Below, one piece after another: positions 10,337 through 20,370 of a stretch of DNA of 64,000 bases (its first letter is position 1; each line of letters opens with the position of its first letter). Source of the stretch: an uncultured Bacteroidales bacterium. GTDB taxonomy: Bacteria; Bacteroidota; Bacteroidia; Bacteroidales; UBA3824. A program made the position numbers and the translations under genes. The notes beneath the pieces are model-generated. The model saw only the letters and a program-made list of their open reading frames with translations. It was not told the DNA's origin and ran no database searches. The DNA lies in the NCBI GenBank assembly GCA_937877455.1, contig CALFIU010000053.1:7589-71588 (forward strand), written 5' to 3'.

Positions 10337-11071
10337 ATGAAATCTAAATTTTTAGCAATTTCAGCGGCAGTTGCCATTACAGCAATGGCATCGTGCGGAG
10401 CTCAACAAACAGCAGAACAATTTCGCAATCCGCAAGCCCGCCTATCCTCAAAAATCGACTCTGTAAGTTATGCACTTGGCGTTAACATCGGAACAGACTT
10501 TTTAAAAAACATGCCAGAAATTGACAAGACAGCGTTTCTTAACGGCATGATGTCGGCAATGAATGGTGATACAACATTTATTTTTCCGCAAGAAACCGCT
10601 CCAATGTTAATACGCGGCTACATACAAGAACGCGCTCAAAAAGAAGCAAAAGAAAACCTTGCCGAAGCCAAAAAATTTCTCGAAGAAAACAAGAAAAAAG
10701 ACGGCGTTATAACTATTGACTCGCTTGGTGGATTACAATACCAAGTAATAAAAGAAGGTATCGGTCCTCACCCAACCATCGACGATGAAGTTGAATGTTA
10801 TTACACTGGAACTCTCACCGATGGAACTGTTTTTGACAGCACCGACAAACATCCAGACCAAAAACCAGCTAAATTCACGTTAAAACAAGTAATAAAAGGC
10901 TGGCAATATGGTATTCCTCTAATGAGCGTTGGAAGCAAATACAGATTCTTTGTACCACCAGCCATAGGTTACGGCGAACAAGTACGTCCTGGCGGTGTTA
11001 TCAAAGCCAACAACGTGTTAATATTCGATGTTGAATTACTTAGCATTACCCCAAAAGAAGACAAAAAATAG
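10337..11071 (+). CDS. FKBP-type peptidyl-prolyl isomerase lipoprotein
   Basis: Lipobox (AMASC) and an FKBP core (YYTGTLTDGTVFDST...LIFDVELLSI). Confidence 0.8.
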   Translation: MKSKFLAISAAVAITAMASCGAQQTAEQFRNPQARLSSKIDSVSYALGVNIGTDFLKNMPEIDKTAFLNGMMSAMNGDTTFIFPQETAPMLIRGYIQERAQKEAKENLAEAKKFLEENKKKDGVITIDSLGGLQYQVIKEGIGPHPTIDDEVECYYTGTLTDGTVFDSTDKHPDQKPAKFTLKQVIKGWQYGIPLMSVGSKYRFFVPPAIGYGEQVRPGGVIKANNVLIFDVELLSITPKEDKK

Positions 11072-11093
11072 ACTTTTAATTGTCTAAAATCCA

Positions 11094-11122
11094 TATAGCA
11101 ACAAACCAATTTTGTTGCTATA
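11094..11122 (+). terminator. Hairpin after the second FKBP gene
   Basis: 12-bp stem tatagcaacaaa / tttgttgctata with a 5-nt loop. There is no clear T-run. Confidence 0.35.
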
Positions 11123-11158
11123 TTACCCAAACAAATAATTTTAAACAAAAAAATAATT

Positions 11159-11560
11159 ATGGCATTAGAAATAGAAGGCAAACTTATAAAAGTTCTTCCT
11201 CCTCGCTCTGGCGAAGGTCGCAACGGACAATGGAAATCTCAGGATTTTGTAATAGAAACCCCCGGACAATACCCAGCACAGGCATGTTTCAGCGTATGGA
11301 ACGACAGAGTAAATCTCGGTGAAATAGCATTGGGTGAAACTATAAAAGTACAATTTGACGTACGTTCGCGCGAATACCAAGAAAAATGGTACACCACGCT
11401 TTCGGCCTATCGCATCGACAAATTAAGTTCAACACCAGTTTCTGGTGGTGGTTCTTCTGTTACACCCCCACAAGGCGGCTCAAACAATAACGGACCTACT
11501 GGTCCTGTTGAACAAAACAATGGCGGTGCAGCTGGTGCTGACGACGACTTACCTTTTTAA
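11159..11560 (+). CDS. DUF3127-family protein with an SSB-like C-terminal tail
   Basis: The N-terminal 90 aa match my recollection of DUF3127 (MALEIEGKLIKVLP...GQWKSQDFVIET). The C-terminus is a Gly/Asn/Pro-rich linker ending in ADDDLPF. Confidence 0.65.
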   Translation: MALEIEGKLIKVLPPRSGEGRNGQWKSQDFVIETPGQYPAQACFSVWNDRVNLGEIALGETIKVQFDVRSREYQEKWYTTLSAYRIDKLSSTPVSGGGSSVTPPQGGSNNNGPTGPVEQNNGGAAGADDDLPF

Positions 11561-11575
11561 TACGTAAATAATAAC

Positions 11576-11618
11576 AAAAAAAAACGGCGGTACTTTTATT
11601 GTTCCACCGTTTTTTTAT
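11576..11618. terminator. Bidirectional hairpin between the convergent DUF3127 and ilvN genes
   Basis: Arms aaaaacggcgg / ccaccgttttt with one mismatch, flanked by A-runs and T-runs. Confidence 0.5.
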
Positions 11619-11641
11619 ATCCAAATATCAAAATTCCACAC

Positions 11642-12235
11642 TCAATTTTTAAGTTTCCAATCGCGAATGGTATTAGAAATCTCTGCCGCCTTAACAAGGT
11701 CGCGAAGATAGTTTGAAAGTTCTTTTTTGGGCCTTGTTACCGCCACACGTCCCGACCTTGCAAACTGCAAAATACCATAAGGTTCAAGTTGATTAAAAAG
11801 TTGTTGAGTTTCGTCCTTATAACCTGTTTTTTCAATAACAATAAATCCTTCCTCAATATCAAGAACTCGGGCATTACTCTGACGAACAATTTTTTCAATT
11901 ATATGACCATTTACAATGTTGGATGTAGAAACTTTATAAAGAGCTATTTCTTGATAAATTACATCTTCTTCGTGAAAATAAAACGCCCTAAGTACTTCGG
12001 TTAACTTTTCTATCTGTGTTGTAACTTTTTTTATAAGGCTTTCTGTACAATGTGTTACAATGGTATAACGAAAAATTCCAGGCACCTCAGATTCCGATGT
12101 TGTTAACGAATCAATATTGAGATGTCGCCGCGTAAAAACAATGGTTATGCGGTTTAACAGCCCGACCTTGTCCTCGGTAAAAACCGTTACAGTAAACTGT
12201 TCTGGGGTTTCTTCTGTTTGATGAATCATAAGCAT
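11642..12235 (-). CDS. ilvN: Acetolactate synthase small (regulatory) subunit
   Basis: ACT-domain start (FTVTVFTEDKVGLLNRITIVFTRRHLNIDSLT). It lies directly downstream of ilvB. Confidence 0.85.
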   Translation of the reverse strand: MLMIHQTEETPEQFTVTVFTEDKVGLLNRITIVFTRRHLNIDSLTTSESEVPGIFRYTIVTHCTESLIKKVTTQIEKLTEVLRAFYFHEEDVIYQEIALYKVSTSNIVNGHIIEKIVRQSNARVLDIEEGFIVIEKTGYKDETQQLFNQLEPYGILQFARSGRVAVTRPKKELSNYLRDLVKAAEISNTIRDWKLKN

Positions 12236-12246
12236 AAATAAAAGTT

Positions 12247-13941
12247 TTAATCCTCGTTTAATTTCATTTCGTCAACACTCGAACCCGGTGCAATAAATGG
12301 AAATACCTTCATATCCTTATCCACCACCACTTCCAAAAGGTAAGCGGTTTTTGCTTCCAACATTTTGTCAATTGCTTGTTCAAGATCTTGACGACGCTCT
12401 ACTCGCTGACCTGGAATATTGTAAGCCTTTGCCAAAGCAACAAAATCTGGATTAACCAAATCTGTTTGAGAATAACGTTTTTCTTGAAACATATTCTGCC
12501 ACTGACGAACCATACCAAGAACTGAGTTGTTAAGAATAACAATTTTTACAGGCAATTTTTCTTGAACTATTGTACCCAATTCCTGCTCATTCATCTGAAA
12601 TCCACCATCGCCAGTAAAAAGCACCACTGGACGCGAATTTTGCGCCACAGCAGCTCCTACTGCCGCTGGTAGTCCAAATCCCATAGTTCCAAGCCCACCA
12701 GAAGTTAAAAACGTATTTGGATACTTAAAATCATAATATCGTGCAGCCACCATCTGATTTTGACCAACGTCAGTTACCACAACTGCATCACCGTTGGTTT
12801 TTTTAGATACCATAGCCACAGGTTCGCCAGGTTGAATAACGGGTAAATTGGAATATAAGTCTTTTTTTATAACCTCAGCATATTCCTTGTCGTAAAGTTT
12901 ATAAAATTCTTCTCTCCAATCAGAATAATCGTTAGAATGTAAAAGTGGCAACATGCGCGTAATGGCAGTTTTTAAATCTGCATGTATAGCTATATCCGTT
13001 TCAACATTTTTATCTATCTCGCTTTTATCTATCTCAATGTGAATTACTTTAGCCCTCGGCGCATAACCTTGCAATCGCCCTGTAACGCGGTCAGAAAACC
13101 TCATTCCAATAGCAATAATAAGATCTGCTTGATTTGTAAGTATATTTACAGCGTAACTGCCATGCATACCCAACATACCAACGCATAATGGATGGCTACT
13201 TGGCAAAGAAGTTAGCCCCATAAGCGTCATTCCAAAAGGAATACCTGTTTTTTCTACAAATTCCTTCACTTGCCTTTGTGCATTGGCAATAAGTACACCA
13301 TGCCCCAACAAGATAATTGGTTTCTTTGCCGAGTTAATAGTTGCTGCCGCACGTGCTATTACCTCAGCATCAATATCTGGATACGGAGCATAACTTCGCA
13401 AAGTTGGAGATTTATGATATTTAAACTCTGTTTTAGACGTAAGCGCATTTTTGGTAATATCAACCATAACAACGCCCGGTCTGCCCGTTACTGCCACATA
13501 AAACGCCTTTGCCATAGCCTCGGCAATATCTTCTGCACGTGTTACTTGTATGCTCCATTTAGCTATTGGCATCGAAAGCCCAAAAACATCAGTTTCTTGA
13601 AATGCGTCCGACCCCAAAAATCCTTCTATTACCTGTCCCGAAATTACCACAAGTGGAACAGAATCCATGTTTGCGTTGGCTACACCTGTAATGGCGTTTG
13701 TTGCACCAGGACCCGATGTTACAATACACACACCGGGTTTTCCTGTTATTTGGGCATAGGCTTGTGCCTCGTGAACTGCCCCTTGCTCATGTCGTGCCAA
13801 AACATGGTGTATCTCGTTGGTATGAAAATACAAACGGTCGTAAATGGGAATAACTGCACCGCCTGGATAACCAAAAATAGTATCTTGTCCCTCTTCTATA
13901 AGCGACAATACAACGGCTTCTGCACCCGATACTTTTTCCAT
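12247..13941 (-). CDS. ilvB: Acetolactate synthase large subunit (ThDP-dependent)
   Basis: 564 aa with N-terminal GYPGGAVIPIYD, a ThDP motif GGLGTMGFGLPAA...GDGGFQMN, and the adjacent ilvN. Confidence 0.9.
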   Translation of the reverse strand: MEKVSGAEAVVLSLIEEGQDTIFGYPGGAVIPIYDRLYFHTNEIHHVLARHEQGAVHEAQAYAQITGKPGVCIVTSGPGATNAITGVANANMDSVPLVVISGQVIEGFLGSDAFQETDVFGLSMPIAKWSIQVTRAEDIAEAMAKAFYVAVTGRPGVVMVDITKNALTSKTEFKYHKSPTLRSYAPYPDIDAEVIARAAATINSAKKPIILLGHGVLIANAQRQVKEFVEKTGIPFGMTLMGLTSLPSSHPLCVGMLGMHGSYAVNILTNQADLIIAIGMRFSDRVTGRLQGYAPRAKVIHIEIDKSEIDKNVETDIAIHADLKTAITRMLPLLHSNDYSDWREEFYKLYDKEYAEVIKKDLYSNLPVIQPGEPVAMVSKKTNGDAVVVTDVGQNQMVAARYYDFKYPNTFLTSGGLGTMGFGLPAAVGAAVAQNSRPVVLFTGDGGFQMNEQELGTIVQEKLPVKIVILNNSVLGMVRQWQNMFQEKRYSQTDLVNPDFVALAKAYNIPGQRVERRQDLEQAIDKMLEAKTAYLLEVVVDKDMKVFPFIAPGSSVDEMKLNED

Positions 13942-13970
13942 ATTTATATTTATTGTTGGTTTATTTATCG

Positions 13971-13978
13971 CAAAGGTA
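13971..13978 (-). promoter_or_regulatory. -7 box TAnnTTTG (tacctttg) for ilvBN
   Basis: Exact motif on the minus strand, 30 nt upstream of the ilvB ATG. Confidence 0.45.
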
Positions 13979-14054
13979 TAACTTTAAATTGAAAGTGGAA
14001 AATTTATACTTATTTGTTTTCTCCAACAGAAAAATCAGCAGTATTTACACCAAT

Positions 14055-14092
14055 AAAAAAACTGTGCTTGAAAATCAAACACAGTTTTTTTT
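14055..14092 (-). terminator. Rho-independent terminator of alaS
   Basis: Stem aaactgtg / cacagttt flanked by an A-run and a T-run, 18 nt after the alaS stop. Confidence 0.55.
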
Positions 14093-14109
14093 GTTATATC
14101 ATTGCTATA

Positions 14110-16737
14110 TTAGGCAATATAGTTTTTTGCTTTTTCAATAGCTTTGTCAAGTCCATCAGGATTTTTACCACCTGCAGTGGCATAAAATGGTTGACCACCA
14201 CCGCCACCATTTATTTCCTTACCAGCTTCTTTAACTATCGCACCTGCATTAAGACCACGTTGTTTTACAACACTATCAGAAATAATAACCGAAATAATTG
14301 GTTTGCCGTCAAACACCGCACCAAGAACTACAAAAGCATCGGTCAATTGCTGTTTTAGTTGAAACGAAAGATCTTTTAGCAAATCTTTGTTGCCTATCTC
14401 AATTTTTTTAGCAATAACGCTAACACCGTTAATAGTTTCAACCTTAGCAACAAGTTGGTCTTTCAAAACAGCAAGTTTTTCGTGTTGCAAAGCCTCTATT
14501 TGTTTGCGAAGAGCAGCATTTTCGTCAATAAGATTCTGTACAGATTTAAGGGCAGCATTTTCATCTTTAGCCTTAAACATAGCTTTTAGCATTTGTGCCG
14601 TTTGATATTGCCAACGAAGATATTCTTCCGCTTTTAAACCTGTATATGCCTCTATCCTACGAACACCAGCAGCTACAGCTCCTTCTGACACAATCTTAAA
14701 AATTCCAATTTTTCCTGTAGATTGTGCATGAGTTCCGCCGCAAAGTTCTATGCTTTCACCAAATTTAACAACACGAACACGATCGCCATATTTCTCACCA
14801 AACAGCGCAATTGCACCCATTTCTTGTGCTTCTTTTATTGGCATATCGCGGTATTCTTCAAGCTGAATATTCTCTCTGATATGTTGATTTACAATTTGCT
14901 CAACTTTAATGATTTCCTCATCAGAAAGTTTTGAAAAATGCGAAAAGTCAAAACGCAAATAATCGGCACACACCATCGAACCTTTCTGCTCCACATGCGT
15001 ACCAAGTACCTGACGCAAAGCTTGATCGAGCAAATGCGTTGCACTATGATTATTTTCGGTGGATGTACGTTTATTTTTATCAACAACAGCCTTGAAAACA
15101 GAATCAAGTTTTTGTGGCAACTGACTTACAATGTGTATTGCCAAACCATTTTCTTTCTGTGTGTCCAAAACTTGTGTTTTCTGACCATCGGCTTCAATAT
15201 ATCCAGTGTCGCCCACTTGACCACCCATTTCTCCATAAAACGGTGTACGATTAAAAACCAATTGATAAAAACTCTTACCCTTAGTTTCAACCTTACGATA
15301 ACGCCAAATTTTTACTTCAGAAACAGTGTCATCATAACCCACAAAATCTTCGGTAGAAAATTGTTGCACTTCGCTCCAATCGCCACTATCTATTTTTGCA
15401 TCGTTACGGCTACGTTCTTTTTGCTTTGCAAGTTCTGATTCAAATTCTGTTTGATTATGCGTCAAACCTTTTTCTTTAAGTATAAGCTCTGTAAGGTCGA
15501 GAGGAAAACCGTATGTATCGTAAAGTTCAAAAACAGTTTTTCCATCAATTTCGGTTTTACCTTGTTTTTGCGCCGATGCCACCACCTTATCGAGCAACTT
15601 AATACCAGTTTCCAAGGTGCGCAAGAAAGAAGTTTCCTCCTCTATCATCACCTTTTCGATAATATCTTTCTGTGCTATAAGTTCAGGATAAGCCTCACCC
15701 ATAACATTGTTTAGCACTGGTAAAAGTTTGTACATAAAAGGTTCGCTCTGATTTAAAAATGTGTAAGCATACCTAACAGCGCGACGAAGAATACGACGTA
15801 TCACATATCCTGCTTTTGCGCTTGCAGGCAACTGACCATCGGCAATGGCAAAAGCTATTGCTCTAATATGGTCGGCTATAACACGTGCAGCCACATCTGT
15901 TTGCTTGCTACTCCCATATTTTATGCCAGTTAGCCTACTAATTTCGTTGATAACAGGCGTAAAAAGGTCGGTATCGTAGTTGCTTTGTTTTCCTTGCAAA
16001 ACCATGCAAAGACGTTCAAATCCCATACCTGTATCAACATGCTTAGCTGGCAAAGGTTCAAGACTTCCGTCGGCTTTACGGTTAAATTGCATAAACACAA
16101 GATTCCATATTTCAATAACTTGCGGATGAGATTTATTAACCAACTCTACACCGGGAATTTTTGCTCTTTCTTGGTCAGAACGGATGTCAACATGTATTTC
16201 AGAACAAGGACCACATGGCCCTGTTGCACCCATCTCCCAAAAATTGTCATGCTTATTGCCCAACAATACCCTATCGGCAGGCAAATGTTTAAGCCAATAA
16301 CTTTTTGCTTCATCGTCGGCTTCAAGATTTTCGTCCTTACTACCTTCAAACACTGTTGCATAAAGCCTTGAAGTGTCGATGTGCATAACATCAACAAGAA
16401 ACTCCCATGCCCAGTCGATAATTTCTTTTTTAAAGTAATCACCAAAACTCCAATTGCCGAGCATTTCAAACATTGTGTGATGGTAAGTGTCGTGTCCAAC
16501 CTCCTCAAGGTCATTGTGCTTACCCGATACTCTTAAACATTTTTGACTATCAGCAACACGCGGATATTTACGTGGTTCGTTACCAAGAAAAATATCCTTA
16601 AATTGATTCATGCCAGCATTGGTAAACATCAAGGTTGGGTCGTTTTTAACAACCATAGGCGCAGAAGGCACTATTTTGTGTCCTTTATTTTCAAAAAAAT
16701 CGAGAAACGATTTACGTATTTCCTTAGAAGTTTTCAT
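14110..16737 (-). CDS. alaS: Alanine--tRNA ligase
   Basis: 875 aa. The N-terminus is [29 protein letters not shown], the editing-domain HxxxH motif (HSATHLL) is present, and the C-terminus is DHHA1-like ([14 protein letters not shown]). Confidence 0.95.
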   Translation of the reverse strand: MKTSKEIRKSFLDFFENKGHKIVPSAPMVVKNDPTLMFTNAGMNQFKDIFLGNEPRKYPRVADSQKCLRVSGKHNDLEEVGHDTYHHTMFEMLGNWSFGDYFKKEIIDWAWEFLVDVMHIDTSRLYATVFEGSKDENLEADDEAKSYWLKHLPADRVLLGNKHDNFWEMGATGPCGPCSEIHVDIRSDQERAKIPGVELVNKSHPQVIEIWNLVFMQFNRKADGSLEPLPAKHVDTGMGFERLCMVLQGKQSNYDTDLFTPVINEISRLTGIKYGSSKQTDVAARVIADHIRAIAFAIADGQLPASAKAGYVIRRILRRAVRYAYTFLNQSEPFMYKLLPVLNNVMGEAYPELIAQKDIIEKVMIEEETSFLRTLETGIKLLDKVVASAQKQGKTEIDGKTVFELYDTYGFPLDLTELILKEKGLTHNQTEFESELAKQKERSRNDAKIDSGDWSEVQQFSTEDFVGYDDTVSEVKIWRYRKVETKGKSFYQLVFNRTPFYGEMGGQVGDTGYIEADGQKTQVLDTQKENGLAIHIVSQLPQKLDSVFKAVVDKNKRTSTENNHSATHLLDQALRQVLGTHVEQKGSMVCADYLRFDFSHFSKLSDEEIIKVEQIVNQHIRENIQLEEYRDMPIKEAQEMGAIALFGEKYGDRVRVVKFGESIELCGGTHAQSTGKIGIFKIVSEGAVAAGVRRIEAYTGLKAEEYLRWQYQTAQMLKAMFKAKDENAALKSVQNLIDENAALRKQIEALQHEKLAVLKDQLVAKVETINGVSVIAKKIEIGNKDLLKDLSFQLKQQLTDAFVVLGAVFDGKPIISVIISDSVVKQRGLNAGAIVKEAGKEINGGGGGQPFYATAGGKNPDGLDKAIEKAKNYIA

Positions 16738-16756
16738 AATGTATTATTTTCCGCTG

Positions 16757-16764
16757 CAAAATTA
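16757..16764 (-). promoter_or_regulatory. -7 box TAnnTTTG (taattttg) for alaS
   Basis: Exact motif on the minus strand, about 20 nt upstream of the alaS ATG. Confidence 0.4.
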
Positions 16765-16818
16765 GTTTTTTATCGTTAATAATCAACAAATAAATAAGTT
16801 TTTTTTAACAACTTCCCT

Positions 16819-17054
16819 CGTAGATTTCATTTGATTTTTTTAACAACCAATTAAACGAATAAAACAAATTTGTCTAACAGATAGTTATATTAAACAAAAG
16901 ACGCAAGTTTTAAGCTAATTAAACAAATATAAATATAGTGGAAGTATATTTGTTAAATTCGTAAAATTTAAAATTAACTTGTTGATTTTAAATTATTTGT
17001 TTAATTAATTTGTTCGTTTTATTCGTTTAATTCGTTGTTCAAATGAAATTAACG
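16819..17054. repeat. 236-bp palindromic (MITE-like) intergenic element, copy A
   Basis: Termini are cgtagatttcatttga and tcaaatgaaattaacg. Subterminal 30-bp inverted repeats are caaccaattaaacgaataaaacaaatt / aatttgttcgttttattcgtttaattcgttg. The terminal motif is shared with 52398-52600 and 60679-60774. Confidence 0.6.
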
Positions 17055-17154
17055 TGGATTTTGCTAACAAAAAATACAAATGTATTTGGCTAAGTATAGA
17101 TTTTTTTTTAATTTTAAGCGTTATTTTTCAACAAAAACACACAGCATAAAAAAA

Positions 17155-20100
17155 ATGAAATTAGATTTTTCTAAAATACTGATTATATGTTTTTTGGGGA
17201 TTTATATAACCTCTATGCTTTTTATTATCGGGCTTGAGCTACCAAACGAAAAATTTATAGCACTTTGCTCTGTACTCGCTGTGCTACTTATAGTAGGATA
17301 CTATATAATAAAAACATCTGTAAAAGACAACTATCTAAAAGAAGAAGACCGCATACTCGACAACCTTAAAGATAACGATGAAAAAACCTTCGATTACCAA
17401 AGCCGAAACTTTCCACGCCTAACCGACAAAATCTCATCAATCGTAAGCCGTACAAACACATTAGCCCAATCAAACCAACAACTTAGACAACTCGAAGCCC
17501 AACTACAAAACAACAACGAACTACTACACACCGCCAACAATGAACTAAAAGCCACCGCAGCCGAATTAGCTCGCAAAGAAAACAACCTTCAAACCATTAT
17601 CAACAATCAAGGCGAAGGTTTTCTTTTGTGCGACAAACAAGGCGTTATAAACTTTATCAATCCATCGTTTGCCACACTTATAAACATTTCGAGCGAAAAC
17701 ATGGTAGGCGCATCAATCTTCTCATTTCTCAGCGAAGAAAACAGTAAATTAATACGTTCTCAATTGGCAAACAGAGCACTCGGCGTAAAAAATAGTTACG
17801 AATTATGGATAAAAACATCCACAAGAGAAAAAAAATGCTTATTAGTATGCGCATCGCCAAACTACGACTCCAACAACAACCACATCGGAACGATAGCCGT
17901 ATTAAGCGACATAACCAAAATAAAAAACTATCAACACGAACTCGAAGTACAAAACATAGAATTTACAAAATTTCATCAAGCAGTAGCCCAAAACTCTTCG
18001 GGAATATTACTGGTCGATGCCTTAGGACTTGTAACCTACGCCAACAGCCAATTTGAAAACATAATTGGTTACACTGCAGAAGATTTAATTGGCAAATCAC
18101 CACTCTCACTACTCGACGAAACTGGCAACTCTTCGCTTCAAGAATACATAGTAACCCTTCTAAAAAGCGGAAGAGCATGGAAAGGCGAACTCAACGGTCT
18201 AAAGAAAAATGGTGGAAAAATCAACATTAGAGCAACTATTTCTCCACTTAAAAACGCCAACCAAACAAACATCGGATACGTTGCCCTTCTCGAAGACATA
18301 ACAAAATTCAAAAACATAGAACAAGAACTCGCCAAAACCACCGAAAAATACTCAATTATAGTAGAAAATTCTCGCGACGTAATTTGGATTTTCAACACAC
18401 AAGAACGCCAAATAAAATACTACAGCCCCTCTATAACCCAACTTATAGGCTACACCGTTGAACAAGCATTAAAAACCAACATGCTACAAACCCTTGATAA
18501 CGAGTCGGCTCAACTAATGCGTACCTATCTCACCGACCCCAACGCATGGAACAACAAAACAGAAATAAACTTTGAAGCACGACAAAAAACCATAGACGGA
18601 AAAACAGTTGATGTAGAGGTTGTTATGTCGCCAATATTCTCACAAGGAATAACAATGCCAACAGAAATAATTGGCATATCGCGCAACATATCAAGACGTA
18701 AACAAACAGAACTGCAACTTCGCAAAACCAACGCAATGTTGCAAATAATACTCGAAAAAATTCCATCAAAAATCTACATGAAAGACAAAAACCAAAGATA
18801 CCTAACCGTTAACGAAACTTATGCAGAAACTTATAACCTTACCCCTCAAAATTTTATAGGTAAAACCGACGAAGAACTACACATCGACAACATCCTACAA
18901 TTACAATCAGACGACATAACCGTAACCCAAACCGGCAAACCAATACTTTCTAACGAAAAATACATAAAACCAGTCAACGACACCGGCGCATGGGTTTCTA
19001 CATCAGTAATACCATATTACGTAACTGGAGAAAATCCCGATGGAATAATTGGAATTATTAGCGACATCACCGAGCGCAAAATCTTTGAACAAATGCTCGT
19101 GGAACAAAATCGCCAATTTGAAAACACAATAAAAAATCTAAGCGACATATACATACGCACCGACCTTAAAGGAACAATACTACAAGCAAGCCCATCAATA
19201 TGCAATTTTTTAGGAATCAACAAAGTGGAAGAAATAATAGGCAAAAGCCTACAAGAAATAACCCACAACCCCGAAGCTTGGACAATTGTAGAAAACACAG
19301 GCAAGCTAATCGACTACCCATTTAAAATGAAAAACCTAAAAAACAAAACACTATACTGCGAAATAAACCTTGTAACATTCTACAACACCAATGGACAACC
19401 CGCTGGATACGAAGGCATAGCCCGAAACGTAACCGAAAGAGTTTTACACGAGCAACAACTCAACTCGCTCACCGAAGACCTTATGAAATCGCTCGAACAA
19501 GCCAAAATACAAAAAAACATAATAGAAAGCGCACATAGAGGCATAACCGAAAGTATAAACTACGCAAAACGCATACAAGAAGCCATACTCCAAACATCAA
19601 CCCAAACGATGAAAAACAAATTTTCATCAAGTTTTCTATTATACAAACCATGTCAAATAGTTGGAGGCGATTTTTATTACATAAAACAAACACCATACGG
19701 GCTTGTATGCGCCGTTGCCGACTGCACAGGACACGGAATACCGGGCGCACTAATGAGCGTACTTGCAATAAGCCTTTTAAACGATATTATAGGCTCAATA
19801 GAAAAACTCGAAAACAGCACACCCTGTGGAGTATTGTCGGAACTACGCAAAAAGGTAATAGAAAGCCTTAGCAACTCGCTTGTAGTACGCGATGGCCTCG
19901 ACATAAGCCTTGTGTTTATGCGACCCGACAAACGCCAAATAATATATTCTGGAGCCAATTTACCACTCTACATCTGCCGAAAAAACGAAATAATAACACT
20001 AAAACCAACATATTGTCCAATAGGAATGCATCCCGTATTGCAAAATTTTGAAAACACTATATACAATCTCCAAAAAAACGATATGTTATACTTCGCCTCC

Positions 20101-20295
20101 GACGGTTACCAAGATCAATTTGGAATGAACGAAAATCGCAAATTCTCAAAAAAAGATTTCACCGAACTATTAAAACAAGCATCTCACCTTGACCCCGAAG
20201 CCCAACAATTTTTGTTACAAAACCGAATTTCACAGTGGCAAGGTACACGCAAACAAACCGACGACATAACCGTTTTGGGGATAAAAATCAACTAA
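17155..20295 (+). CDS. Membrane-anchored multi-PAS sensor fused to a SpoIIE/PP2C-family phosphatase
   Basis: It has an N-terminal TM segment, a coiled coil, several PAS-like segments (each followed by a D/N-I-T/S-x-R/F-K motif) and a C-terminal PP2C domain (VGGDFYY...ADCTGHGIPGA...ASDGYQDQFG...DDITVLGIKI). The start could instead be 17080. Confidence 0.8.
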   Translation: MKLDFSKILIICFLGIYITSMLFIIGLELPNEKFIALCSVLAVLLIVGYYIIKTSVKDNYLKEEDRILDNLKDNDEKTFDYQSRNFPRLTDKISSIVSRTNTLAQSNQQLRQLEAQLQNNNELLHTANNELKATAAELARKENNLQTIINNQGEGFLLCDKQGVINFINPSFATLINISSENMVGASIFSFLSEENSKLIRSQLANRALGVKNSYELWIKTSTREKKCLLVCASPNYDSNNNHIGTIAVLSDITKIKNYQHELEVQNIEFTKFHQAVAQNSSGILLVDALGLVTYANSQFENIIGYTAEDLIGKSPLSLLDETGNSSLQEYIVTLLKSGRAWKGELNGLKKNGGKINIRATISPLKNANQTNIGYVALLEDITKFKNIEQELAKTTEKYSIIVENSRDVIWIFNTQERQIKYYSPSITQLIGYTVEQALKTNMLQTLDNESAQLMRTYLTDPNAWNNKTEINFEARQKTIDGKTVDVEVVMSPIFSQGITMPTEIIGISRNISRRKQTELQLRKTNAMLQIILEKIPSKIYMKDKNQRYLTVNETYAETYNLTPQNFIGKTDEELHIDNILQLQSDDITVTQTGKPILSNEKYIKPVNDTGAWVSTSVIPYYVTGENPDGIIGIISDITERKIFEQMLVEQNRQFENTIKNLSDIYIRTDLKGTILQASPSICNFLGINKVEEIIGKSLQEITHNPEAWTIVENTGKLIDYPFKMKNLKNKTLYCEINLVTFYNTNGQPAGYEGIARNVTERVLHEQQLNSLTEDLMKSLEQAKIQKNIIESAHRGITESINYAKRIQEAILQTSTQTMKNKFSSSFLLYKPCQIVGGDFYYIKQTPYGLVCAVADCTGHGIPGALMSVLAISLLNDIIGSIEKLENSTPCGVLSELRKKVIESLSNSLVVRDGLDISLVFMRPDKRQIIYSGANLPLYICRKNEIITLKPTYCPIGMHPVLQNFENTIYNLQKNDMLYFASDGYQDQFGMNENRKFSKKDFTELLKQASHLDPEAQQFLLQNRISQWQGTRKQTDDITVLGIKIN

Positions 20296-20370
20296 ACCCA
20301 CAACGTTAAATTCCATCAAAAAACCTCACAAAAACGCACCACAACCCCCTAAAAATAAGGAATTACATCA

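Noticed and set aside
13270-13992. 240-aa plus-strand ORF and many other 60-180-aa ORFs antisense to or overlapping known genes (for example 14938..15438, 38499..39023, 53515..54048, 47023..47403, 49122..49550)
   Set aside because: They lie entirely within strongly supported genes on the other strand or in another frame. Their composition is Cys/Phe/Ile-rich or low-complexity and typical of shadow ORFs, and no family is recognisable.
17080-17154. 5' extensions offered by the ORF track (17080, 46844, 56382, 62198, 60821, 1742 and 60426)
   Set aside because: The extensions encode atypical, basic or hydrophobic junk and overlap terminators, promoters or the neighbouring gene. Canonical family N-termini begin at internal Met codons ([50 protein letters not shown]).
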